This document shows, one piece after another, positions 9,566 through 18,687 of a DNA stretch of 64,000 nt (position 1 is the first letter of the stretch; every line of letters starts with the position of its first letter). A program made the position numbers and the translations under genes. The notes beneath the pieces were generated by a model. It worked only from the letters and a program-made list of their open reading frames with translations, did not search any database and was not told where the DNA came from. This stretch comes from Luteolibacter sp. (GTDB taxonomy: Bacteria; Verrucomicrobiota; Verrucomicrobiia; Verrucomicrobiales; Akkermansiaceae): assembly GCA_047921195.1 (NCBI GenBank), contig JBLRWN010000009.1:396-64395 (forward strand), given 5' to 3'.

Positions 9566-10786
9566 GTGACAGCGCGATTTTTTGGACGGGCTTTTCCATC
9601 GACAAAGCGCTTGGAATGGCGTGACGCTGTGCCGGTGCCGACGGTTCAACTGAAATACCAGACATTCCATCCCTCCATATGGCCGAAGATGATCGGAGAG
9701 GTTTCGCGGGATGCGCGGGCGGGGGATTTGGTGCGCGTCCTTGGGCGCGAGGGGCGTCCGTTCGGATGGGGCTTCTGGAATCCGAAATCCCGCATGCCGC
9801 TCAGGATTTTCAGCCACCGTGAGGAGGAGCTGGACGAGACGTTTTTCCTTGAGGCGATCCGCAGGGCGGGGGAGTTGCGGCGTGGCATTCACCAACTCGA
9901 TGAAACGACCGAGGCCTACCGGGCAATCCACGGCGACGCGGATTTCCTGCCGGGATTGGTGGCGGATAAATTCGGCGACGTGCTTTCGGTCGAAATTACG
10001 AACCTTGCGGCCTGGCAGCGGTTGCCGGACTGGCTGCCCCACCTCCACGAGGCGTTCAGCACCTCGCGGGTGCTGGTGCGGGTGGACCCGCATCTGGCCG
10101 GAGTCGAGGGGATTCCGTCGCGGGGCGGTCAGCCATCCGACGATGTGCGCACCGTCAAGCTGCGCGAATCCGGCATCCGCTACGAAATCGACTGCCGCGA
10201 CGGGCACAAAACCGGTTTTTTCTGCGATCAACGCGACAACCGCGCGCGTTTCGCGAAGCTGGCCGCCGGCCGCTCGGTGCTCGATTTGTGCTGCTACACC
10301 GGTGGATTTTCGGTCTCGGCTGCCTTGGCCGGTGCGGCGGATGTGACGGCCGTCGACCTCGATGAGGCAGCGATCGCGATGGCCATCCGCAATGCGAATC
10401 TGAACCAGGCCAAGGTCAAGTTCACCCACGCCGACGCCTTCACCTGGATGCGCACCATGATCGCCAACGGGCGGAAGTGGGATCTGGTGATCGCCGATCC
10501 GCCGAAATTTATCCACGGCAAGGAAGACGACCTCGGGGTGGCGAAATACGCCGACATGAACAAGCTCGCTCTCCAGCTTGTCGAGCCCGGGGGCTTGTTC
10601 ATCACATGCTCGTGCTCGGGCCAGCTCGGGGCGGATGCGTTCGAGCGAATCGTCACCAGTGCCGCGCACCGGCAGGATTTGCGCTTGCAGATTTTCGACC
10701 GCACAGGCGCTGGCGTGGACCACCCGACGCTCTCGAATTACCCAGAGTCGAGATATCTCAAGTTATTGTGGTCCAGGGTTTTGTGA
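9566..10786 (+). CDS. rlmI: RlmI-like class I SAM-dependent rRNA methyltransferase
   Basis: PUA-like N-terminus, HGDADFLPGLVAD, GHKTGFFCDQRDNR, VLDLCCYTGGFS, DLVIADPPKF; start uncertain. Confidence 0.75.
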   Translation: MTARFFGRAFPSTKRLEWRDAVPVPTVQLKYQTFHPSIWPKMIGEVSRDARAGDLVRVLGREGRPFGWGFWNPKSRMPLRIFSHREEELDETFFLEAIRRAGELRRGIHQLDETTEAYRAIHGDADFLPGLVADKFGDVLSVEITNLAAWQRLPDWLPHLHEAFSTSRVLVRVDPHLAGVEGIPSRGGQPSDDVRTVKLRESGIRYEIDCRDGHKTGFFCDQRDNRARFAKLAAGRSVLDLCCYTGGFSVSAALAGAADVTAVDLDEAAIAMAIRNANLNQAKVKFTHADAFTWMRTMIANGRKWDLVIADPPKFIHGKEDDLGVAKYADMNKLALQLVEPGGLFITCSCSGQLGADAFERIVTSAAHRQDLRLQIFDRTGAGVDHPTLSNYPESRYLKLLWSRVL

Positions 10787-10802
10787 AGTGATTTGCCAAA
10801 AT

Positions 10803-11594
10803 TCAGGGCGAGGGTGGGGGAGGCACGACGCGGGGCCTTGGTTGGCGTTGCGGGGCCATTCTACCCTCAAGGGCGTGGTCGAGCCCGCGGCGCAGAGCGT
10901 AAGCGCGGCGTTTCCATTCGGTGGGGATGGCATCGGTGAGTTCGTGCTGGCTGGTGCCGCGATCGAAGCGGTCGTCGAAGATCACGTCGCCCTCGGCGTT
11001 CTGAATGGTGAGCCAGTAGCCATCGCCGACTTTGCGCACGGTGGCGCGGCCCTCGGCATTGGCGATAAAGGCTTCGCGTTCGGCGAGGTTGACGACGCGC
11101 ATCGGGCCTTGCTCCGAGAGGAAAACCGCTTCTTCGGCTGCTTGACCGGCGAATTCCGGGACGGGCAGGGGGCTTGCGCCGAGGGTGACCGGGATTTCGA
11201 GCTGACTGCCGCCACGGAAGACCGATAGCGTCACCGCCTCACCAGGTTGGTGGAGCCGGAGCAGGGTCGAGAGCTGCGCTTCATTGACCAGGAGTTGTTC
11301 GTTGAGCTTCCAAATCAAGTCGGCTTCCTGGAGGCCGGCGTTGGCAGCAGGGCCGTTCGCGTGGACGGATTTTAGCAAAAACCCGACACCGGGCGGGAGC
11401 GACGGAAGGTGAGCGATGAGCGACGGGTCGGGCTTGGATAAATCGAGCCCCAGCCAGCTTCTCGGCGCGCTGGGAAAGGTCGGGATCACCACGCCAGGAT
11501 GCGGATGGACGGCAACCGCCCGGGTATCCGCGTCTTGATCCGCATGGGCGGGGAGCACGAGCATCCAGAGCAGAATGAAGGTGCGGATTTTCAT
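10803..11594 (-). CDS. Exported PDZ-domain protein
   Basis: Signal peptide; WLGLDL..., GFLLKSVHANGPAANAGLQEADLIWKLN, VTLSVFRGG. Confidence 0.75.
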   Translation of the reverse strand: MKIRTFILLWMLVLPAHADQDADTRAVAVHPHPGVVIPTFPSAPRSWLGLDLSKPDPSLIAHLPSLPPGVGFLLKSVHANGPAANAGLQEADLIWKLNEQLLVNEAQLSTLLRLHQPGEAVTLSVFRGGSQLEIPVTLGASPLPVPEFAGQAAEEAVFLSEQGPMRVVNLAEREAFIANAEGRATVRKVGDGYWLTIQNAEGDVIFDDRFDRGTSQHELTDAIPTEWKRRAYALRRGLDHALEGRMAPQRQPRPRVVPPPPSP

Positions 11595-11596
11595 GC

Positions 11597-12109
11597 TCAA
11601 AAGGTGCTTACGGGCATGAGAAGCATTTCCTCACGCGGCGATGAAACGTGAACGATGAGACCGGTTTGCGCGTCGAGCAGGCGGTTTTCCTCGACCACGC
11701 GCATGCGCACGGCGCGCAGGGCGATCCCATCGGGGTCGTCGAGCCAACCTTCGTCTTCGACCCATGCGAGACGCGTCGATTCATCGACGAGGTGCATGTT
11801 TTGTGGGTCCAGAGCAAGGGTCGCATGATCGTCGGACGAGAGAGTAAATGCGAGATCTTCGACCTGCGGAGAGACCAACCATGCGGCGACCGCCAGGAGA
11901 CCTGCGACGGCGGCGGCGGCGGCATTCCATGGGGCGGTTTTGCGCGGAGTCACGGGTTTCGACGCCGGAATTTCGGCGGGAGGATTTTCCACACCCGCGA
12001 GCTCATCGAGCAGCGTGTGGATGGATTCCGTTGCGGAGCCGCTGAGGGCCACCGGCATCAGGCTGCGGCGGAGCTTGGATTCGAAGTGGCTAAGGTTATC
12101 CGAGTGCAT
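11597..12109 (-). CDS. Single-pass membrane protein, probable anti-sigma factor
   Basis: Overlaps the end of the ECF sigma gene; one central hydrophobic segment. Confidence 0.55.
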   Translation of the reverse strand: MHSDNLSHFESKLRRSLMPVALSGSATESIHTLLDELAGVENPPAEIPASKPVTPRKTAPWNAAAAAVAGLLAVAAWLVSPQVEDLAFTLSSDDHATLALDPQNMHLVDESTRLAWVEDEGWLDDPDGIALRAVRMRVVEENRLLDAQTGLIVHVSSPREEMLLMPVSTF

Positions 12110-12632
12110 GGCGTTCCTCCTTCCAGTTGCGCAAATCGCGTTCCAGTTGTTCCAAGGCGTATCGATAACGGGATGCGGCCGTGTTTGGCGAAATCGCCAA
12201 GGCTTCGGAGATCTGCTGGAAGGTCAGGTCGCTCCAGACTTTCATGACGACAACCTCGCGCAGCTTCGGGCTCAGGCGCTCGACCGCTTGGCGGAGCCGC
12301 TCGGAATCCTCGTCGTCCTCCATCACTGGGTCGAGCCAGACGTCCTGAAAATCATGAAGAAACACGATGTTGCCTTCGCGCTTGCGGCGGCGGGTGTCGC
12401 TGCGGTGCAGATTCAATCCGCAAAAGCGGATCGTCGAAAACGCGAGGGGCAGATCGGGTGGGGAGCCATCGGATTTCGCCTGATGGTGCCAGAGCCGCAA
12501 AATCGCTTCCTGCACGAGATCCTCGGCGTCCTGGCGAGTTTTCGCCCAGCCACGCGCAAACAACAAAAGCCGCGGGCCGTTCTCGGCCAACCAGGCTTTC
12601 CATGTCGATGCGGTCGCGGGGCTTTCGCTCAT
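12096..12632 (-). CDS. ECF-family RNA polymerase sigma factor
   Basis: DAEDLVQEAILRLW (region 2); LSPKLREVVVMKVWSDLTFQQISEALAISPNTAASRYRYA (region 4). Confidence 0.92.
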   Translation of the reverse strand: MSESPATASTWKAWLAENGPRLLLFARGWAKTRQDAEDLVQEAILRLWHHQAKSDGSPPDLPLAFSTIRFCGLNLHRSDTRRRKREGNIVFLHDFQDVWLDPVMEDDEDSERLRQAVERLSPKLREVVVMKVWSDLTFQQISEALAISPNTAASRYRYALEQLERDLRNWKEERHALG

Positions 12633-12881
12633 CTCTTTGGGTAGAATGCCTGCAATCCGCAGTTTTGTCTGTAATTTTTGTCTGCGGAAACCCGAGGACA
12701 ACTTATCGGAGAAGCAGGGGGGGCAGGTCGGAAGCATCGACACATCATGTGAACCGGAAGACGGACGAGGATGATCGATGGTAAACCTCCCTATTCGATT
12801 CCGCATTACATACATTGTCACAAGTTTATAATGGGGATTTCCTCCAAGGGTTTGAAACGGCAGGCCCGCTGATGATGTGGC

Positions 12882-13838
12882 CTAGCGGTGTTTTTCGATC
12901 ATGGCCTCGATCCATTGGTTGGCGGTGCGCCAGGCCATGTCGCCGAAGCTGGCAGCGTGAATAGCCCATTCACGTGCGAAATCCAAGGCCGAGCGCAGCG
13001 GGTTCGCATCGGCGGCACACATCAGGGCGCTGAGGACGAGTAAATTGGCGAGCAAGATCACGACCAGCGACAAAAATGTGCCGTTTTCCTTCAGGTCTGG
13101 CTGGTCCTTGGGCAGCATCCAGACGGTCCAGATCATGTGAAACATCCAGGTTGCACCGATGAGCGCGTAAAACACCGGATCCCACACCTCGGAGATCACG
13201 CCGAAATGGCGGAGTCCCAAGTGCGCCAAAACGACCCAGATCGAGTAAAATGGAACGAAATACGGCGACAAAGCAATCAAGAGGTTGGTTTTCGTCGTCG
13301 TGATGTATCCACCCGAGGTGCTGACGTGGATTTTTGAGACCTTGCCGAGGTGACAAAACACGAAAATTGCGTGTGTTACCTCGTGACCTAGGACGTATAA
13401 ATAAAGAAAGAAATTCCGGAAAAATCCGGATAACAGCCACGTTGTCAGTAGAATGCATCCGATCATGAAATGCCAGAACTCGCTGGCTTTCCAAAAATCC
13501 TGGTGAACGGCCGCATGGTTGAGTCGGGAGAAGAACGTCCACATCGTGATCCATGCGAATGGCAGCAGAAGCAGGCCGATGGCGATACGCATGGCGGATT
13601 TGAGGATGCCGTAATCTTCCTCGAAGTCGTCTTGGTGGCGTGAAGCGGTCGTGCTCGCCCGCATCACGGACTGGATGGATTTGCGTTGGCCCGGCGGTGC
13701 GATGCGGCGATTTGCGCGGTCGTGGGCACGGTCGCTGGCGCCTTTCAGGGTCTCCTGAAGGGTTTTGCGGGTTCGCTTGCGGTTGCTCCCGGCGGCTTTG
13801 GATGCCGTGGAACTCCCCTTCTCTCTGCTTCTGGCCAT
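12882..13838 (-). CDS. Membrane protein with HExxH motif, possible M50-like metallopeptidase
   Basis: Several TM segments; YVLGHEVTHAIF; ALSPYFVP; basic N-terminal tail. Confidence 0.55.
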   Translation of the reverse strand: MARSREKGSSTASKAAGSNRKRTRKTLQETLKGASDRAHDRANRRIAPPGQRKSIQSVMRASTTASRHQDDFEEDYGILKSAMRIAIGLLLLPFAWITMWTFFSRLNHAAVHQDFWKASEFWHFMIGCILLTTWLLSGFFRNFFLYLYVLGHEVTHAIFVFCHLGKVSKIHVSTSGGYITTTKTNLLIALSPYFVPFYSIWVVLAHLGLRHFGVISEVWDPVFYALIGATWMFHMIWTVWMLPKDQPDLKENGTFLSLVVILLANLLVLSALMCAADANPLRSALDFAREWAIHAASFGDMAWRTANQWIEAMIEKHR

Positions 13839-14190
13839 GCTTGTGCGGGCGATGCATGGAGGATTATTTAGGATTTCTTAACGAATCAAGCGCGAAAACG
13901 GCGAGAGTGCAGCAGCAAAATGTTTTGACCGATGCGCAGAGGCGCTGCGCTCGAGGTGGTAAGCGCTGAGTTCAGGATTTTTCCGCGATGTCCACCTGTC
14001 GCACTCAGCACCTCCGCGCTACGAATTTGATATGAATCCGCATGAATGCCATCTGCGTGGATCTTGTTGATCTGGGGTTAGATGAGCACTTCCATGCATC
14101 CGGACTGAAGTCCCTTTACACAGGACCGTGAAATGAGGATCTTGCAGCGGTCATGCGCTTGATTCCCCGGCTTCTTAAGGAGAAAAACTG

Positions 14191-15111
14191 ATGTCCGCCA
14201 TTTCCAAGCCCCGCAGTTTTCTGGCCGCCGCGCGTGTTGCGAATCTTCCCGGCGTGGCATGCCATGGGATCACCGGGGCTTTGCTTGCGCAGTGGTTGAT
14301 TTCGCGGCAAACCATCGAGCCGCAGGCCATCGATTGGGGGCTTGTTTCCATGGTGGCGCTGGCGGGCATCTTGTTGTGCGTGGCGGGCAATTTGCTGAAC
14401 GACTGGCATGACCGTGGGTGGGACCGCGAATTCCGCCCCGAACGGGCGCTTCCCTCCGGTCATTTCCGCCCGGCGACCTTTCTGGTGTTGGGCTCGTTGG
14501 CGCTGCTACTGGGGGTGGCGGCGATGTTTGTTCTCGATGCACGCGCCGGGGGGATCGCCCTTGCGATCGCCGGATGTGTGGTGATTTACACCCGCTGCCA
14601 CAAGACGACCGTCTGGTCGGTCGTGCCGCTGGCGCTTTGCCGCGGTCTTCTGCCAATCATGGGTGCGTTTGCGGTTGCAGGCGGTTTGCCATGGGATACC
14701 CCCGCCCTGTTGGTGATTCCGGCGTTCGGTGCGGCGTTGTTTTTTTGGGTCTGCGGGCTTTCGCTCGATGCGCGGGGTGAATCCACCGGCGCGTCAGGCC
14801 GCTCGCTGTTTCCGTGGTTGCTGCTTGTAGCCGCACCATGCGTGATGGTGGCGGCGCTTGCCGGGACCTTGCGATTTCCATGGTTCGCGCTGGTGCCTGT
14901 CGGGCTCTGGCTGGTGCTGGTGCGCGGGCCGTTCCGTCGCACCGCGAAACAGCGTGTTTCCGCGTTGCTTGCCGGGCTGCCGTTGCTCGATTTCCTGGTG
15001 CTCGCACCGGTGTGGATGCTCACCGCCGGAGCACCTCATGGGATTTTGTGGATCCCGATGCTGGCTTTTGCCAGCGGGCGGCTTCTCCAGCGGGCGGCCT
15101 CGGCGACCTGA
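14191..15111 (+). CDS. UbiA-family prenyltransferase
   Basis: GNLLNDWHDRGWDREFRPERALPSG Asp-rich motif; multi-TM. Confidence 0.8.
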   Translation: MSAISKPRSFLAAARVANLPGVACHGITGALLAQWLISRQTIEPQAIDWGLVSMVALAGILLCVAGNLLNDWHDRGWDREFRPERALPSGHFRPATFLVLGSLALLLGVAAMFVLDARAGGIALAIAGCVVIYTRCHKTTVWSVVPLALCRGLLPIMGAFAVAGGLPWDTPALLVIPAFGAALFFWVCGLSLDARGESTGASGRSLFPWLLLVAAPCVMVAALAGTLRFPWFALVPVGLWLVLVRGPFRRTAKQRVSALLAGLPLLDFLVLAPVWMLTAGAPHGILWIPMLAFASGRLLQRAASAT

Positions 15112-15168
15112 AATTTTCCCGATTTGTTTCGTGTCCCGGGCGGCGAAATTTGCTAGGACGGCGATGCT

Positions 15169-15885
15169 ATGGAATCACAAACACCACCACAGTCCCCCAC
15201 CCCGCCGGCAGATGCCGGGAAAAAACCGATGTCCACAGGTGCCAAGGTCGGCATGGGATGCGGTGTCCTTGCGATGGTCGGCGTAATCGTCGTCGTGCTG
15301 CTTGTCAGCTGGTGCAACAAGACGGTTGGCGGATACATGCGAGATTTTGCCGACAACCCGGAGCGGGCGACCGCGGAGCTCATGATCAACATGAGTCCCG
15401 AGCTTGAGCTTGTGGGAAGCAATGACGCCGAGGCGACCATCACGTTCCGCGACAAGGCGAGTGGCAAGGAAACGACGATGAGCTGGTCGGACGTCGCCGA
15501 AGGACGCTTCAGCATTAGCGACTCGGAGGGCAATGAGCTTACGTTTGGCGCAGCGAACATGGAGGCCGTGCCCGACTGGGTGCCACGCCTGCCGGATGCC
15601 ACCCAGGTGGCTTCTTCCTATCATTCAGTGGATGGTGGAAAAATGACGGGGGCTTACATGGCCACCTCGTCGATGCAAACCGCCGAGCTGGAGGCCCTCT
15701 TCGCGGAAAAGGCCGGGGAACTGGGCATGGAGGTTGTGTTCAACACACAACACTCGGATGGCTCGCAGGAAATGCGGATGATCGGATACAAGCAGGGCGA
15801 TCGTGGCTTCAGCGTCACCATCGTGCGCGAGGGTTCGGCTGAGGCGAACGTGCAGATCATGTATGAGGATGCCACCGGTAACTGA
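15169..15885 (+). CDS. Hypothetical single-pass membrane protein
   Basis: 238-aa ORF with one N-terminal TM helix; no recognised family. Confidence 0.6.
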   Translation: MESQTPPQSPTPPADAGKKPMSTGAKVGMGCGVLAMVGVIVVVLLVSWCNKTVGGYMRDFADNPERATAELMINMSPELELVGSNDAEATITFRDKASGKETTMSWSDVAEGRFSISDSEGNELTFGAANMEAVPDWVPRLPDATQVASSYHSVDGGKMTGAYMATSSMQTAELEALFAEKAGELGMEVVFNTQHSDGSQEMRMIGYKQGDRGFSVTIVREGSAEANVQIMYEDATGN

Positions 15886-15894
15886 GCGGGCGCC

Positions 15895-16809
15895 CTAACA
15901 GGTATTCAGCACCGCCAGCGTCCTGACCGCCTGCCAGGCGGCTTCGACGTTGTGGACGCGGAAGATATCGCCTCCGCGAGCCATCGCGGAGGCGATGCAT
16001 GCGATGGTGCCCGCATCGCGATCACGCGGATCCGGAATGCCGAGCACCTCGCCGATCACCGTTTTGCGGGAAACCGGCACCAGCAGCGGACGTCCGAATG
16101 CGGAGAGGCGGGTGAGGTTCTGATAGATCGTGAGGTTGTCGTCGCGTTGTTTCGCGAAATCGATTCCGGGGTCGAGGATGATGGATTCCGCGGCAAGTCC
16201 GGCGTCGGTGGCGAGCTTGATTTTATCGTGAAAAAACCGTTCCAACTCGGCCATCACATCGGGCCATTGCTGGTGGAAATGCGGCACCTTCGGCTCGCCG
16301 ACGCTGTGCATGATGAGAAGCGCCGCGCCGTGATCCGCACAAAGCCGCGCATTTTTGGCATCCGGGAGCGCGCTCATGTCGTTGATGATCTCGACGCCGC
16401 CCATTTCCAGCACCGCCTTCACCACCCCGGGGCGCCAGGTGTTGGCGGAGAGGATCGGCGGCCAGACTTGATCCGCATCCCTGGGCGTGGTGTTGGCGAC
16501 GATTTCGCCCCAGCGCGTAATGACGCGGTGGAACCGGTCGATTTCCTCGATTTCCGGGACGGCCGGGCGGTTCGTGCGCGCGCTTTCCGCGCCGATATCG
16601 ATCACGTCCGCCCCTGCAACAATCTGGGTGCGGGCGGTGTCGACGGCGTCGTCCGCCGCAAGCGAGCCATCACCGGAAAACGAATCGTCGTTCACGTTGA
16701 TGATGCCCATGACGAGCGGGCGGCGGGGAAATTCCAAGGATCGAGTCGGCAGGCGGAGTCGCATTCGCCGAAGGATAATGAACGGCTTGAGAATCCGCAA
16801 GGCGGGCAT
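15895..16809 (-). CDS. folP: Dihydropteroate synthase
   Basis: VMGIINVNDDSFSGDG, DIGAESART, INDMSA, LDPGIDFAK, SRKTVIG, FRVHNV; start at 16809 or 16764. Confidence 0.93.
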   Translation of the reverse strand: MPALRILKPFIILRRMRLRLPTRSLEFPRRPLVMGIINVNDDSFSGDGSLAADDAVDTARTQIVAGADVIDIGAESARTNRPAVPEIEEIDRFHRVITRWGEIVANTTPRDADQVWPPILSANTWRPGVVKAVLEMGGVEIINDMSALPDAKNARLCADHGAALLIMHSVGEPKVPHFHQQWPDVMAELERFFHDKIKLATDAGLAAESIILDPGIDFAKQRDDNLTIYQNLTRLSAFGRPLLVPVSRKTVIGEVLGIPDPRDRDAGTIACIASAMARGGDIFRVHNVEAAWQAVRTLAVLNTC

Positions 16810-16906
16810 GCGGGATGGGAACAATCGCGATCGGGGAAAATTGTCACGATCACTGCGGTGGTTCCGGCTTGCCAGATGGGGAAATCGGGTGACGATTCCC
16901 GCGTTT

Positions 16907-17974
16907 ATGGAAGCCATCCACGTCGAATCCGTCACGAAGAGTTTTGGGAATGTCCGCGCGCTCGATGGCATCGACGTCGAGATCCACCCGGGCGAGTTGT
17001 TTTTCCTGCTGGGCGCTTCGGGCTGTGGCAAGACCACCTTGCTGCGCTGCATCGCTGGTTTGGAGACGCCGACGTCCGGAACCATCCGGTTTGGCGCGCG
17101 CGACGTCACCACCCTGCCGCCACACAAGCGTGAGGCGGCAATGGTTTTTCAGAGCTACGCGCTGTGGCCGCATCTCACGGTCGGCCAGAACATCGCGTTC
17201 GGGCTGGAGGAGCGCAAGGTGCCCAAGGACGAGATCAAGACGCGCGTCGAGGAAGCGCTCGAAATGGTGCAGCTCCCCGGATTTGGCACCCGCTCGATCG
17301 ACCAGATGTCCGGCGGCCAGCAACAACGCGTCTCGCTCGCCCGCGCCCTGGTGGTGAAACCGAAATGCCTGCTCCTCGATGAACCGCTCTCCAACCTTGA
17401 CGCCCAGCTCCGCGTCGAAATGCGCCGCGAAATCCGCCGCATCGTGAAGGAAAACGGGCTGACCGCCGTGTACGTCACCCACGATCAGGAGGAAGCCCTC
17501 GCCATGGCCGATCGCATGGCGGTGCTCACGCGCGGGAAAATCGGCCAAGTCGGCCCGCCGGAGGAAATCTATCGGAACCCGCATAGCGCATACGTCGCCG
17601 GATTCATCGGCGAGACGAATCTGATCGAAGGCGAAACCGCCGGTGTGCGCGACCGCATCTGCACCGTCAAGACCGCAAGTGGCACGCTCACCGGCCGTCT
17701 CACCGACCCGGATTGGACGCCCGCCACCGGCGAGGCCGTGCGCGTCTCAGTGCGCCCGGAAGCATGGCGGCTGCATCAAACGGAAGGCAACAACCCGACC
17801 CATGGGAAAATCCTCGAACGAACGTATCTCGGCCAGCGCATCCAATACTGGATCGACACGCCCTTCGGCCGCCAGCAGGTCGTCGAAATGAATCCACACA
17901 TCATCCACGAACCGGGCGACGATTCGATCTTTCTCCACGCACGTGAGGATGATGTGGTGGTGGTGCGGGGGTGA
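16907..17974 (+). CDS. ABC transporter ATP-binding protein (PotA/FbpC-like) with TOBE domain
   Basis: GASGCGKT, VFQSYALWPH, MSGGQQQRVSLARAL, LLLDEPLSNLD, VTHDQEEA. Confidence 0.92.
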   Translation: MEAIHVESVTKSFGNVRALDGIDVEIHPGELFFLLGASGCGKTTLLRCIAGLETPTSGTIRFGARDVTTLPPHKREAAMVFQSYALWPHLTVGQNIAFGLEERKVPKDEIKTRVEEALEMVQLPGFGTRSIDQMSGGQQQRVSLARALVVKPKCLLLDEPLSNLDAQLRVEMRREIRRIVKENGLTAVYVTHDQEEALAMADRMAVLTRGKIGQVGPPEEIYRNPHSAYVAGFIGETNLIEGETAGVRDRICTVKTASGTLTGRLTDPDWTPATGEAVRVSVRPEAWRLHQTEGNNPTHGKILERTYLGQRIQYWIDTPFGRQQVVEMNPHIIHEPGDDSIFLHAREDDVVVVRG

Positions 17975-18041
17975 TGATATCAAAACGAATATCATCGCTT
18001 GCACCCGCACGCTTCTCGCGGATGATTCACTCGTGATGACC

Positions 18042-18500
18042 ATGCACACGCTCGAACAATCGCAGTTTCTTCCGATCACGGTCGAACAGGCATGGGATTT
18101 TTTCTCCAGGCCACGCAATGTCGATGAGATCACGCCCGCGGAGCTCGGATTCCGCACCACTTACATCGCAGGCGACCGCATCCACAACGGACAGATTATC
18201 ACCTACCGCATCCGCGTCGCGCCCATGGTGCATGTGTCGTGGGTCACCGAGATCAAGCACGTCGTGGAAGGGCGGTCGTTCGTCGACGAACAACGCTTCG
18301 GCCCCTACAAATTCTGGCACCACCGCCACAGTTTCGAAGCGGTCGAAGGCGGCGTGAAGATGACCGACCTCGTCCACTACGCCCTCCCCTTCGGCCCCTG
18401 CGGCGCAATCGCCCACGGGATTTTCGTCCGCAAAAAACTCGAACACATCTTTGCCCACCGCAAACAAATCCTCGCCGCCAAGTTCGGCGGGAACGGTTGA
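18042..18500 (+). CDS. SRPBCC-family protein
   Basis: AWDFFSRPRN, WVTEI, FVDEQRFGPYKFWHHRHSF, MTDLVHY. Confidence 0.85.
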   Translation: MHTLEQSQFLPITVEQAWDFFSRPRNVDEITPAELGFRTTYIAGDRIHNGQIITYRIRVAPMVHVSWVTEIKHVVEGRSFVDEQRFGPYKFWHHRHSFEAVEGGVKMTDLVHYALPFGPCGAIAHGIFVRKKLEHIFAHRKQILAAKFGGNG

Positions 18501-18687
18501 TCTCATACCCAAGGAGTGGTGAAACGTGTTCGCTCATGCCCATGAGATGACCATGAGTTGAGCGAATTTACCTGGCATGGGCTTTCCATGGGCACGGCGG
18601 ACGCGTTCCGCCGCTCCTTGGAAACGCTGCATCGGAAAAACATCGCGTAATCGCTTTCACCACCCTTACACATGACTGCCTGCCGAA

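Noticed and set aside
14191-15111. ebo gene cluster
   Set aside because: The UbiA protein is EboC-like in motif but none of the other ebo genes is adjacent.
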